Below are positions 35,410 through 44,108 of a DNA stretch of 44,166 nt, one piece after another; position 1 is the first letter of the stretch; each line of letters starts with the position of its first letter. Made by a program: the position numbers and the translations under genes. Source of the DNA: Chloroflexaceae bacterium UBA1466 (lineage in GTDB: Bacteria; Chloroflexota; Chloroflexia; Chloroflexales; Chloroflexaceae); the NCBI GenBank assembly GCA_002325605.1, contig DCSM01000073.1:1-44166 (forward strand). Direction: 5' to 3'. The notes under the pieces were generated by a model. The model made no database searches. It saw only the letters and a program-made list of their open reading frames with translations, and had not been told where the DNA came from.

Positions 35410-38400
35410 ATGCTTGACCCAAAAGCTGATCCCCCGAATGCCATTTCCTGCAACCCATGGACCATTCTTGAAACTTTGCCCGACGGCCTGGCCATCATTG
35501 ATGCCCAAGCCCAGATCAGCTATCTTAATCCCGCTTGGCGCAACCTAATGACCAGTTTGGCTCCTGACCGCCCCAGCTTCTTTCTGGGCGCAGACTTCCT
35601 CCAGGCCTTAGTCTCCCTTCTCGACCTTTCCGAAACTTCCCTCCCCCCCCTGACCAACGCGATCCAGGCCCTCCTCCAGGGGCAGTTGAACTCCTTTATC
35701 TTTCCTTGCCAACTGCTTTCAAAGGAAGCTCCACCTTCTCCAGCCAACCAACATTGGTTTGAGTTCTTCCTCTCACCCCAAGGAGGAGCGCACCCGGAGC
35801 TTCCTGAAGAACGACCCCGCTGCTTCTTTGTCCTTCTCCGCAACATCTCCGCTTTCCGCCCTACCCTTGCCCCGCCCCAGCAACCCCAACCCCTTGCTGA
35901 AGTTCCGCTTCTTCCCACCCACCTTGCTGAAGTTCCCCTGGAGCAACGGATAGACGAGCGCACCCTGGCCCTGCAATATGCCATCAAGCGCCTCCTCTAT
36001 GAGTTGCACGAGTACAAGCAGCGCCAAGCGACCCTTGACCGCCGTGATGCCATCTTAGAAGCCATTAGTTTCGCTGCCGAACACTTCCTCAAAACGCCGA
36101 CCCAGGATCTCCGGCCAGTCTTAGCTCACTTAGGCCTTGCGACTAGCGCCTCCCAAGTTTGGCTCCTTCCCACCCAACCTTCAGCCCCGACTTCTTTCCA
36201 AGATTTTCCCCAAGCTGAAACCCTTTGCTGGCCCCCGTCCTCATTTCCTGAAGAGTCTAAGGTTGGGGAGGACATTCCCCCCCCAACCCCCTCTCAGTTG
36301 ATCCCAGCCCAGCGGGAGTTCATGGGCCTCTCATTTTCGGCCCCTCAGTTCGGGGCCCCTCCCCCTAAAGCCCCCAACGCTCCCTCCTTCCAAACCGTCT
36401 TTCAACAAGCTTCCATCTTCAAAGCCTGGCATGTCTCCCTTAGCAAGGGCAACCCCATCTTTGGCAATTCCTACACCTTTCCCCCCCTTGAAAGACAAAC
36501 CCTCTTAAACCTGGGCATTCGGTCCATCGTCCTTATCCCGATCATCCTCAACCAAACTTGGTGGGCCACCCTCAGCTTTACCGACACCCGCCAGGAACGC
36601 GTTTGGTCCTCCGCCGAAATCGAAGCGCTCAAAGCCGCTGCCAGCATCATCGCGGCGGCTTTCCAGCGCCAATGGATCGAAAGTGCCCTGCGCCAAAGTG
36701 AGTTTCGCTACCGGACCGTCTCGGAAATGACCTTGGATTTTGTCTTTGCGATTCAACTTAACGCCCAAGGTGGCTTAACCATCAAATGGATTACCGAGGC
36801 CTTTACGCGCATCACAGGTTACACCCTCGCTGAACTAACCTCTACTTCTGACTGGCAACTGGTCGTTCACCCCGATGATGTTCCCCTTCACCTTCAACAA
36901 ATCGCGGCGGCTTTTCGCGGCCAAACTACCGCGCAGGAATATCGCATCCTCACGAAAACTCAAACCACCCATTGGGTCCGCTCCTACCTCCGCCCTGAAT
37001 GGGAACCAACCACAGACCAAGTCATTTGTGTCCTTGGCGCAGTTCAAGATATTACAGAAAGCAAGCTCCGCGAGGAAAAGCTCCGCGAATCGCAGCAGAT
37101 GTTGCAATTAGTAATGGACAATATCCCCCAATCTATCTATTGGAAAGATAGTTTTTCAATCTACCTTGGCTGCAACCGGAACTTTGCCATTGACGCAGGC
37201 CTTGACCAACCCGAACAGATTGTCGGGAAATCCGATGCCGACCTTCCCTGGAAGGCCACGGCCAAGGACTGCTTTGCCAGCGACCACCGCGTGATTACCA
37301 CCGGGCTCCCGATCTATCACAGTATTGAAATTCAACATCAAGCGGGGGGCGAAGATGCTTGGATTGACGCTAATAAAATTCCCCTCTTCAGCACTAACGG
37401 GCAGATCGTTGGCCTCTTAGGAACCAACGAGGATATAACTGAGCGTAAGTATATGGAAGAGGCTCTCCAGCAAAGCGAGAATCGCTTCCGCACCGTCATC
37501 TCTGAGATCGCCGACGGGATCGTCGTGATTGACTCTAAGGGGCTTGTGCAATTTGTGAACCTCGCCGCCGAAAAAATCTTTGATCGGCAAGCCACCGACC
37601 TCATCGGGCGGGAGTTTGGGCTCCCCCTGGTTTCCCACGAAACCGCCGAAATTGAGGTCTTTCGCAAGGATGGCTTAGTCCTTATCGCTGAAATGCACGT
37701 CGGCGAAACTTCCTGGGAAGGGGAGCAAGTTTTCCTGGCTTCCTTGCGCGATATTACGGGCCGCAAACGCGACGAAGAGGCTTTGCAACGCGCTAAAGAA
37801 GCCGCCGAAACCGCCACCAAAGCCAAATCTGAGTTTCTGGCCAATATGAGCCATGAAATTCGCACCCCGCTCAATGCGATTATTGGAACCTCGACCCTTT
37901 TGCTTGACACCCCCTTGACCCCCGAACAAGAAGATTTTGTTGAAACTATGCGGTCTAGTGGAGATAGCCTCTTAGCGATTATCAACGATATTTTAGACTT
38001 CTCTAAGATCGAGGCAGGCCGCCTGGAGCTTGACTATCATCCCTTTGACCTCCGGGCTTGCATTGAAGAAGTCTTAGACCTTCTCGCGCTCAAATTCGAG
38101 GAAAAGCAGCTTGACCTGGCCTATAGTATTGCTGACCGTACCCCTTGCGGCCTCCTGGGGGATGTCACCCGGCTTCGCCAAGTGCTGGTCAATCTCCTCG
38201 GCAACGCCCTCAAGTTCACTTCCAAAGGTGAAATTGTCCTCACCGTTGCCCCTTATCTTCCTCCTTCCTCCACCCCTGATCAAGTGAAGGTTGCGAGTCT
38301 GTTGCCCTCCCGCTTTTGTATGATTCACATCGCCGTCCGCGATACCGGGATCGGCATTCCTGGCGAATTGATGAACCGTCTCTTCCAGCCCTTCTCGCAG

Positions 38401-39933
38401 ATTGATGCTTCCACCACGCGGAAGTATGGGGGCACGGGCCTAGGGCTGGCCATTAGTCGCAAGCTCGTTGAAATTATGGGGGGCAATCTGTGGGTCGAAA
38501 GCGAGGTTGGCAAAGGTTCGACCTTCCACTTCACCTTCCAAGCCGAACTGGCCCCCCACCAGCAGCCCTACTACCTTCACGGCCCCCAGCCGCCCCTTGT
38601 CGCCAAGCGCATCCTGATCGTAGATGACAGCCTGGCCAACCGTTACATCCTCACCCAGCGCCTTAGAGCGTGGGGGATGTTGACTTGGGCAACCGCCAGT
38701 GGTCGCCAAAGCTTGGACTGGCTTACCAATTCCCAACCCTTTGACCTTGCAATTTTGGATTTACGGATGCCAGAGATTGATGGGCTGCAACTCGCGGCCC
38801 AGATTCGGGCCCTTCCCCAGGCTGAAGCGCTACCCTTAGTCCTCCTTGCCTCATCCACCGAGCGGACCCAACTCCTCCAAAATGATCCCTTTCAAATCGC
38901 GGCTTTTCTCGCCCGCCCCATTAAGACTTCTCACCTTTACAATACCTTAGTTTCCCTCTTCACCGGCCAGCCGATTGTGGCCAAAGAGCCGAAGGTCTGG
39001 CCCCAGATTAACCCACAGATGGCCAACCATCATCCTTTGCAGATCTTGCTTGTCGAAGATAACCCGGTCAACCAAAAGGTTGCCCTTTGGATGCTGGAGC
39101 GCATGGGCTATCGGGTGGACATTGTCGGCAATGGGTCTGAAGCTTTAGCTACCTTAAAGCGCCAAACCTATGATGTTATTTTAATGGATATTCAGATGCC
39201 GGAGATGGATGGGGTAGAAACGACCCGCCATATTCGCCAGCTTCTCGCGGCCCAAGACCAACCCCAAATTTGGGCCATGACGGCCCATGCTTTGCACGGA
39301 GACCGCGAAAATTTCCTGGCCGCCGGGATGGACGGTTATCTTTCCAAGCCCGTCCGCATCGAAGAATTAGTCGAAGCCCTTCGCGCTTGCCACCAACTGC
39401 AGCGGGTTAGTCCTGAACGGGAAGCGAACGTCCCGAACCTTATTGAAGACAATGAAACCAGCCTTTCTGGCGCTAGAGCTTCAGACCATGGGGCGGGGGA
39501 GAGTTCGCCCCCCCCGTGCTACTTAGGCGGGCGGGAGGGCCTGGGCCTCTCTTTTTCGGACCACGGCTTCCTTCTCATCCCAACGCTTGATCCTTCCATC
39601 TTGCAACAGTTTCAAGCCATGCTCGGTGATGAATCGCCGCAGATTTTAGCCGAATTCATTGGGATTTTCTTGGATATGATGCCCCGGCTCTTAGCCAACT
39701 TACGGCTGGCCCTTACGCAGAAAAACCCGGTTGCCCTTCATCGCTCGGCCCATTCAATCAAGTCTAGTAGTGCCCAACTGGGCGTGATGCGCCTCTCGCG
39801 GCTGGCCGCCGAACTGGAGCTTTTGGGCCGGGCAGGCTCCCTCCTTAATGCCCCAGATCTAGTCAACCTTTCTGAAACCGAATATGAGAACGTCCGCCAG
39901 GCCCTAGAAACCCTGAGCAGCCAACTTGACTAA
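35410..39933 (+). CDS. Giant hybrid (unorthodox) sensor histidine kinase, paralog: PAS - GAF (with Pro-rich insert) - 3 PAS - HisKA - HATPase - REC - REC - linker - Hpt
   Basis: Starts 3 nt after the stop of the previous kinase. H-box [22 protein letters not shown] (His codon 37852-37854). GGTGLGLAI. RECs ILIVDDSLANRY/LAILDLRMPEIDG and ILLVEDNPVNQK/VILMDIQMPEMDG. Hpt SAHSIKSSSAQLG. Confidence 0.92.
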   Translation: MLDPKADPPNAISCNPWTILETLPDGLAIIDAQAQISYLNPAWRNLMTSLAPDRPSFFLGADFLQALVSLLDLSETSLPPLTNAIQALLQGQLNSFIFPCQLLSKEAPPSPANQHWFEFFLSPQGGAHPELPEERPRCFFVLLRNISAFRPTLAPPQQPQPLAEVPLLPTHLAEVPLEQRIDERTLALQYAIKRLLYELHEYKQRQATLDRRDAILEAISFAAEHFLKTPTQDLRPVLAHLGLATSASQVWLLPTQPSAPTSFQDFPQAETLCWPPSSFPEESKVGEDIPPPTPSQLIPAQREFMGLSFSAPQFGAPPPKAPNAPSFQTVFQQASIFKAWHVSLSKGNPIFGNSYTFPPLERQTLLNLGIRSIVLIPIILNQTWWATLSFTDTRQERVWSSAEIEALKAAASIIAAAFQRQWIESALRQSEFRYRTVSEMTLDFVFAIQLNAQGGLTIKWITEAFTRITGYTLAELTSTSDWQLVVHPDDVPLHLQQIAAAFRGQTTAQEYRILTKTQTTHWVRSYLRPEWEPTTDQVICVLGAVQDITESKLREEKLRESQQMLQLVMDNIPQSIYWKDSFSIYLGCNRNFAIDAGLDQPEQIVGKSDADLPWKATAKDCFASDHRVITTGLPIYHSIEIQHQAGGEDAWIDANKIPLFSTNGQIVGLLGTNEDITERKYMEEALQQSENRFRTVISEIADGIVVIDSKGLVQFVNLAAEKIFDRQATDLIGREFGLPLVSHETAEIEVFRKDGLVLIAEMHVGETSWEGEQVFLASLRDITGRKRDEEALQRAKEAAETATKAKSEFLANMSHEIRTPLNAIIGTSTLLLDTPLTPEQEDFVETMRSSGDSLLAIINDILDFSKIEAGRLELDYHPFDLRACIEEVLDLLALKFEEKQLDLAYSIADRTPCGLLGDVTRLRQVLVNLLGNALKFTSKGEIVLTVAPYLPPSSTPDQVKVASLLPSRFCMIHIAVRDTGIGIPGELMNRLFQPFSQIDASTTRKYGGTGLGLAISRKLVEIMGGNLWVESEVGKGSTFHFTFQAELAPHQQPYYLHGPQPPLVAKRILIVDDSLANRYILTQRLRAWGMLTWATASGRQSLDWLTNSQPFDLAILDLRMPEIDGLQLAAQIRALPQAEALPLVLLASSTERTQLLQNDPFQIAAFLARPIKTSHLYNTLVSLFTGQPIVAKEPKVWPQINPQMANHHPLQILLVEDNPVNQKVALWMLERMGYRVDIVGNGSEALATLKRQTYDVILMDIQMPEMDGVETTRHIRQLLAAQDQPQIWAMTAHALHGDRENFLAAGMDGYLSKPVRIEELVEALRACHQLQRVSPEREANVPNLIEDNETSLSGARASDHGAGESSPPPCYLGGREGLGLSFSDHGFLLIPTLDPSILQQFQAMLGDESPQILAEFIGIFLDMMPRLLANLRLALTQKNPVALHRSAHSIKSSSAQLGVMRLSRLAAELELLGRAGSLLNAPDLVNLSETEYENVRQALETLSSQLD

Positions 39934-39993
39934 ATAGTAGAAGAGGCAGCTTGCCTGTTTAGTAGATCTAAACTGAAAGAATAAACCTTCTCA

Positions 39994-42696
39994 GTGCAAA
40001 GCCAGTACATTTATTATGGAGGCCCAGGAGGCCCTGAAACGACCATGTTGCCAGAAGAAAAAAACCTAACTTCCCATCCTCTCACCGCCGAAGGTAGTGA
40101 TCCCTTCAACTGTCCCTTCGAGCAATTCGTCCAACTTCTTAGGGCCTTGGTTCCCAAAACTCCTGGGGCCGAAGCACTTCACCAACCGCCCGACCTTTTC
40201 TTCCGCACCATCATTGATGCCAACCCCGACTTGATCTTTGTCAAAGACCAACGGGGCCGCATTATCCTCGCAAACCAAGCGGTTGCAACCTTTTATGGCA
40301 CAACCATTGACGCTTTACTGGCCTCAGAGGGGGAAGGGAGTTTAGCGAACCTTACCAAAGGCCCGTGGCCCCAAGAAAGAAGCACGAATTGGAACTCCCC
40401 GGAGCAACTGATCTTAGAAAACTCTCCTGAAAAGCAAGTTTTGTTACAAAAAGCGATTAGCGCCCAAGGCCAAACCGCTTGGTTTCAAACCACGAAGCGG
40501 CAATTCCTAAGTTTAAGAAAACAAGAAGCTTACCTCCTCTTTGTAGCGACAGACGTTACAGCTCTCAAACGGTTTGCCGAAGCGCTCCATCAGAGCGAAG
40601 CCCGTTATCGGGCCATTGTTGAAGATCAAACCGACTTGGTTTGCCGGTTTCAGCCCAACGGGACGCTAACCTTTGTCAATGCTTCCTATTGCCGCTACTT
40701 CGGCCAGGAGCGCGAACAATTGCTGGGGCAAAACTTCCTTTCCTTCCTGCCTGAAGCAGACCGGCGGCGGTGCCTGCTGGCCCTTATGGCGCTGGGGCCA
40801 ACCAACCCTGTGGTTACGCTTGAGCATAGCATCATGTTGCCTAACGATAAATGTCGGTGGCAGCAATGGATTGATCGCGCCATCCTCGACTCGACAGGCC
40901 AGCTAATTGAGTTTCAGGCTGTTGGGCGCGACATTACTGAGCAGAAATCAACTTCTGAGGCTCTGCAAGTTGCGGCCCGCGTCAATAGTCAGCTAGTCTC
41001 AGCCATCAATAGCCTCACGACGGGGGTGATTATCGTTGATGCTTGCAGCCCAGGGCACTCCATCATCTTTGTGAATCCGGGCTTCACAACCATTACGGGC
41101 TATACAGTCAGCGAGGCACTGGGCGAAGATGGGCACTTCTTGCAGGGCGCGGGCACAGACCGAAACATTAGTGATGCGATTCAGGAAGCCACAAATTTGC
41201 GGAAACCGATCTCCTGCGAAGTCTTATTCTATCGCAAAGATGCCAGTCCCTTTTGGGGTGAGATTGTAATCACGCCAATCTACGACCAAGCGGGCCAGAT
41301 TATCAACTTTGCTTGTCTGCTCAGTGATATTACGTTGCGAAAAAAGACTGAAGAAGCCCTCCGCCATAGCGCTTTACACGATGCGCTCACTGATCTGCCC
41401 AATCGCGTGCTTTTCTTAGATCGGTTGCACCAGGCAATGGCTTATAGCCAACGTTACACCAAGCTATTTGCCGTTTTCTTCCTTGATATAGACCGTTTCA
41501 AAGTGATCAATGATAGCTTGGGCCATTTAGCGGGCGACCAATTGCTGATTGCGATTGCCCGCCGCCTGGAGCAATGTTTGGCCCGCTGTAATACGGTAGC
41601 CCGCTTTGGCGGCGACGAATTCACCATTCTACTCGAAGATGTCGATAACATTCAAGAAGTCAAAAAGATCGCCCAGTACATTCATCAAACCTTGGCCATT
41701 CCTTTGTATATTGAGGGCCACGAATTTTCGATTAGCGCCAGCATCGGCATTGCGTTGAGTAACTCCAGCTACACCCGCCCCGAAGACCTCCTGCGCGATG
41801 CGGATACCGCGCTCTACCGTGCTAAATCGCTCGGTGGCGCACGCTCCGTTGTCTTTGATTTAGAGATGTACGAATATGCCTTGACGCGCCTGCGCGTTGA
41901 GAGCGATTTGCGCCGCGCCCTCAAGCGCCACGAACTCCACCTCGTCTATCAACCCATTGTCGAACTTGCGACGGGGCAGCTGGCGGGGTTTGAGGCTCTG
42001 GTCCGCTGGCGGCATCCCCAACGCGGCTTGATTTCACCCACGGCTTTCATTCCCGTTGCTGAAGAAACAGGCCTGATTGTCCCGATTGGCCAATGGGTTT
42101 TGCGCGAAGCTTGTCGCCAAATGCACAGCTGGCAAACCAAATTGGGGTTTGAACGCCCCTTGACGATAAGCGTCAATCTTTCGGGGCACGAGTTTCTCCA
42201 GCCCGACTTAGTTGCCCAAGTTGTCCAAACCCTTCAGGAAACTAACTGTCAAACCCATTGGCTCAAGGTGGAAATCACGGAAAGTATGATGATCGATCAT
42301 GCCGACTCAATTATCTCTAAATTTCATCAGCTTTGCCAATTAGGGGTGCAATTATGTATTGATGACTTTGGCATGGGCTATTCTTCCTTACGCTATCTCC
42401 ACCGTTTTCCGATTCAAACGGTGAAGATAGATCGCTCTTTTATCAATACAATGAATGGGAATAGCGAAAGTGCCGCAATCGTGCAAACAATAATCTCTCT
42501 AGCGCATACGTTGGGCATGAATGTGGTCGCGGAAGGTTTGGAAACCATGCAACATTTCAAGCAGGTTCGAGCGTTGGGTTGCGAATATGGCCAAGGATTT
42601 CTCTTTTCTGTGCCCCTTGATGCGCTAAGTGCTGAAGAATTGTTAGCCAAGAAAGACCCCTTAGAAATCTCAAGATTTGAGAAGGCAAGTTTTTAG
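39994..42696 (+). CDS. PAS-PAS-(LOV-like PAS)-GGDEF-EAL c-di-GMP turnover protein
   Basis: GGDEF intact (RFGGDEFTILL, 41608-41622). EAL intact (FEALVRW, 41992-42000), plus DDFGMGYSSL, KIDRSF, EGLET, GQGFLFS. The start is either the GTG at 39994 or the ATG at 40045. Confidence 0.9.
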   Translation: MQSQYIYYGGPGGPETTMLPEEKNLTSHPLTAEGSDPFNCPFEQFVQLLRALVPKTPGAEALHQPPDLFFRTIIDANPDLIFVKDQRGRIILANQAVATFYGTTIDALLASEGEGSLANLTKGPWPQERSTNWNSPEQLILENSPEKQVLLQKAISAQGQTAWFQTTKRQFLSLRKQEAYLLFVATDVTALKRFAEALHQSEARYRAIVEDQTDLVCRFQPNGTLTFVNASYCRYFGQEREQLLGQNFLSFLPEADRRRCLLALMALGPTNPVVTLEHSIMLPNDKCRWQQWIDRAILDSTGQLIEFQAVGRDITEQKSTSEALQVAARVNSQLVSAINSLTTGVIIVDACSPGHSIIFVNPGFTTITGYTVSEALGEDGHFLQGAGTDRNISDAIQEATNLRKPISCEVLFYRKDASPFWGEIVITPIYDQAGQIINFACLLSDITLRKKTEEALRHSALHDALTDLPNRVLFLDRLHQAMAYSQRYTKLFAVFFLDIDRFKVINDSLGHLAGDQLLIAIARRLEQCLARCNTVARFGGDEFTILLEDVDNIQEVKKIAQYIHQTLAIPLYIEGHEFSISASIGIALSNSSYTRPEDLLRDADTALYRAKSLGGARSVVFDLEMYEYALTRLRVESDLRRALKRHELHLVYQPIVELATGQLAGFEALVRWRHPQRGLISPTAFIPVAEETGLIVPIGQWVLREACRQMHSWQTKLGFERPLTISVNLSGHEFLQPDLVAQVVQTLQETNCQTHWLKVEITESMMIDHADSIISKFHQLCQLGVQLCIDDFGMGYSSLRYLHRFPIQTVKIDRSFINTMNGNSESAAIVQTIISLAHTLGMNVVAEGLETMQHFKQVRALGCEYGQGFLFSVPLDALSAEELLAKKDPLEISRFEKASF

Positions 42697-42720
42697 CTTT
42701 ATGCAGGAGTAAATAGTTAT

Positions 42721-44049
42721 ATGAACCACGATCTAACAATCATAGAACCGCAAATGGCGGCGAGTCCGCTGGATGCAAACCAACAAATCGCTCTTTTAGA
42801 ACAAGAATTAGCCGTTTTGCGGCAAGAACAAGAGCATTTAAAAACGGAAGCTTTAGCGCTGAAGGAAAGTTCCTCGCTCTATCAGCAAGCTATGGCCGCA
42901 GCCAGCAATGGAATTTCGCTTGCTTCGGCGACCTTGCCCGATGAGCCTTTAATCTATGTCAATGCGGCCTTTGAGCAAGTCACGGGCTATTCAGCGGCGG
43001 AAGTTTTGGGGCACAACTGTCGCTTTTTGCAGGGCCCCGCCACGGACCCATTAGCGGTAAAAGCGATTCGCCAAGCGATTAATGAGGGGTGTGTGGGGCA
43101 CACAACCTTATTAAACTATCGCAAAGATGGTGCACCCTTTTGGAATGAGTTTAGTATCGCTCCCATTCACGATGCCCAAGGCAATTTGACCCATTTTGTG
43201 GGGATTCAAGCCGATGTTACGGCCCGCAAACAAGCCGAATTGGCTTTGCAAGAAAGTGAACAGCGGTTTGCCAGCATCATTGGTTCAGCGATGGATTCAA
43301 TCATCAGTATTGATGAAAAGCACCAGATTCTGCTTTTCAATGCTGCTGCCGAAACGATGTTTGGCTACAAAGCGGCTGAAGTCCTCGGTAAAGACTTGAC
43401 TTTCCTCTTGCCTGGGCGTTATCATCAGCATCATTCGCAGCATATTACTACTTTTAGCCAGACCAAAACCACCAAACGCTCAATGGGTACACTAGATTTA
43501 GTTTATGGGCTACGGTCTGACGACACAGAGTTTCCGATTGAAGCCTCAATTTCGCAAGTTGAAGTTTCAGGGCAAAAGATCATGACCGTTATTCTGCGGG
43601 ATGTCACGGAGCGCCAACGGGCCGAAGAGGAGCGCCACCGTCTTCAGGAGGAGATCATTCGCATCCAAAGTTCGATTTTGCAGGAGCTTTCCACCCCGCT
43701 TATCCCGCTCAGCGATGATATTGTCGTTTTGCCCCTGATTGGCTCCGTTGATACCCTGCGGGCTAACCAAGTAATGGAAACTTTGTTGCATGGGGTGGAG
43801 CGCCAGCGGGCCCGCATTGCCATTTTGGATATTACGGGCGTGCCTGTGGTCGACACCCAAGTGGCCAACGCGCTGATGCACGCGGCCCAAGCAGTGCAAT
43901 TGCTAGGGGCCCAAGTGATTTTGACAGGCATTCGCCCAGAGATCGCGCAAACTTTAGTCGGTTTGGGAATCAATTTTGGCAAGATTGTTACGCGGGGGAC
44001 GCTTCAAAGCGGCATTGCCTATGCAATGGGCCAGGATCAAATGGTTTAA
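42721..44049 (+). CDS. LOV - PAS - STAS protein (YtvA/RsbR-like blue-light sensor candidate)
   Basis: Canonical LOV signature GHNCRFLQGPATD (Cys100 codon 43018-43020), with LNYRKDGAPFWN and FVGIQADVT. A second PAS domain follows. C-terminal STAS ...VVLPLIGSVDTLRANQVMETLLHGVERQRARIAILDITGVPVVDTQVANALMHAAQAVQLLGAQVILTGIRPEIAQTLV. SD AGGAG. Confidence 0.92.
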   Translation: MNHDLTIIEPQMAASPLDANQQIALLEQELAVLRQEQEHLKTEALALKESSSLYQQAMAAASNGISLASATLPDEPLIYVNAAFEQVTGYSAAEVLGHNCRFLQGPATDPLAVKAIRQAINEGCVGHTTLLNYRKDGAPFWNEFSIAPIHDAQGNLTHFVGIQADVTARKQAELALQESEQRFASIIGSAMDSIISIDEKHQILLFNAAAETMFGYKAAEVLGKDLTFLLPGRYHQHHSQHITTFSQTKTTKRSMGTLDLVYGLRSDDTEFPIEASISQVEVSGQKIMTVILRDVTERQRAEEERHRLQEEIIRIQSSILQELSTPLIPLSDDIVVLPLIGSVDTLRANQVMETLLHGVERQRARIAILDITGVPVVDTQVANALMHAAQAVQLLGAQVILTGIRPEIAQTLVGLGINFGKIVTRGTLQSGIAYAMGQDQMV

Positions 44050-44108
44050 TGTGGTTTAGAGTGAGCTAAAGTTATGCTTAAAAGTAATCTCCTTCGCTGG
44101 CTTGCTCG

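Noticed and set aside
37338-37985. 215-aa antisense ORF inside kinase 2
   Set aside because: It sits opposite the most conserved part (H-box/DHp) of a clearly real gene. The product is Ser/Arg/Ala-rich with no motif, which is typical of a shadow ORF in GC-rich coding DNA.
39934-39993. Terminator between kinase 2 and the GGDEF-EAL gene
   Set aside because: Only a 5-bp stem with a 3-nt loop (AGGCA-GCT-TGCCT) followed by GTTT. This is too weak to call.
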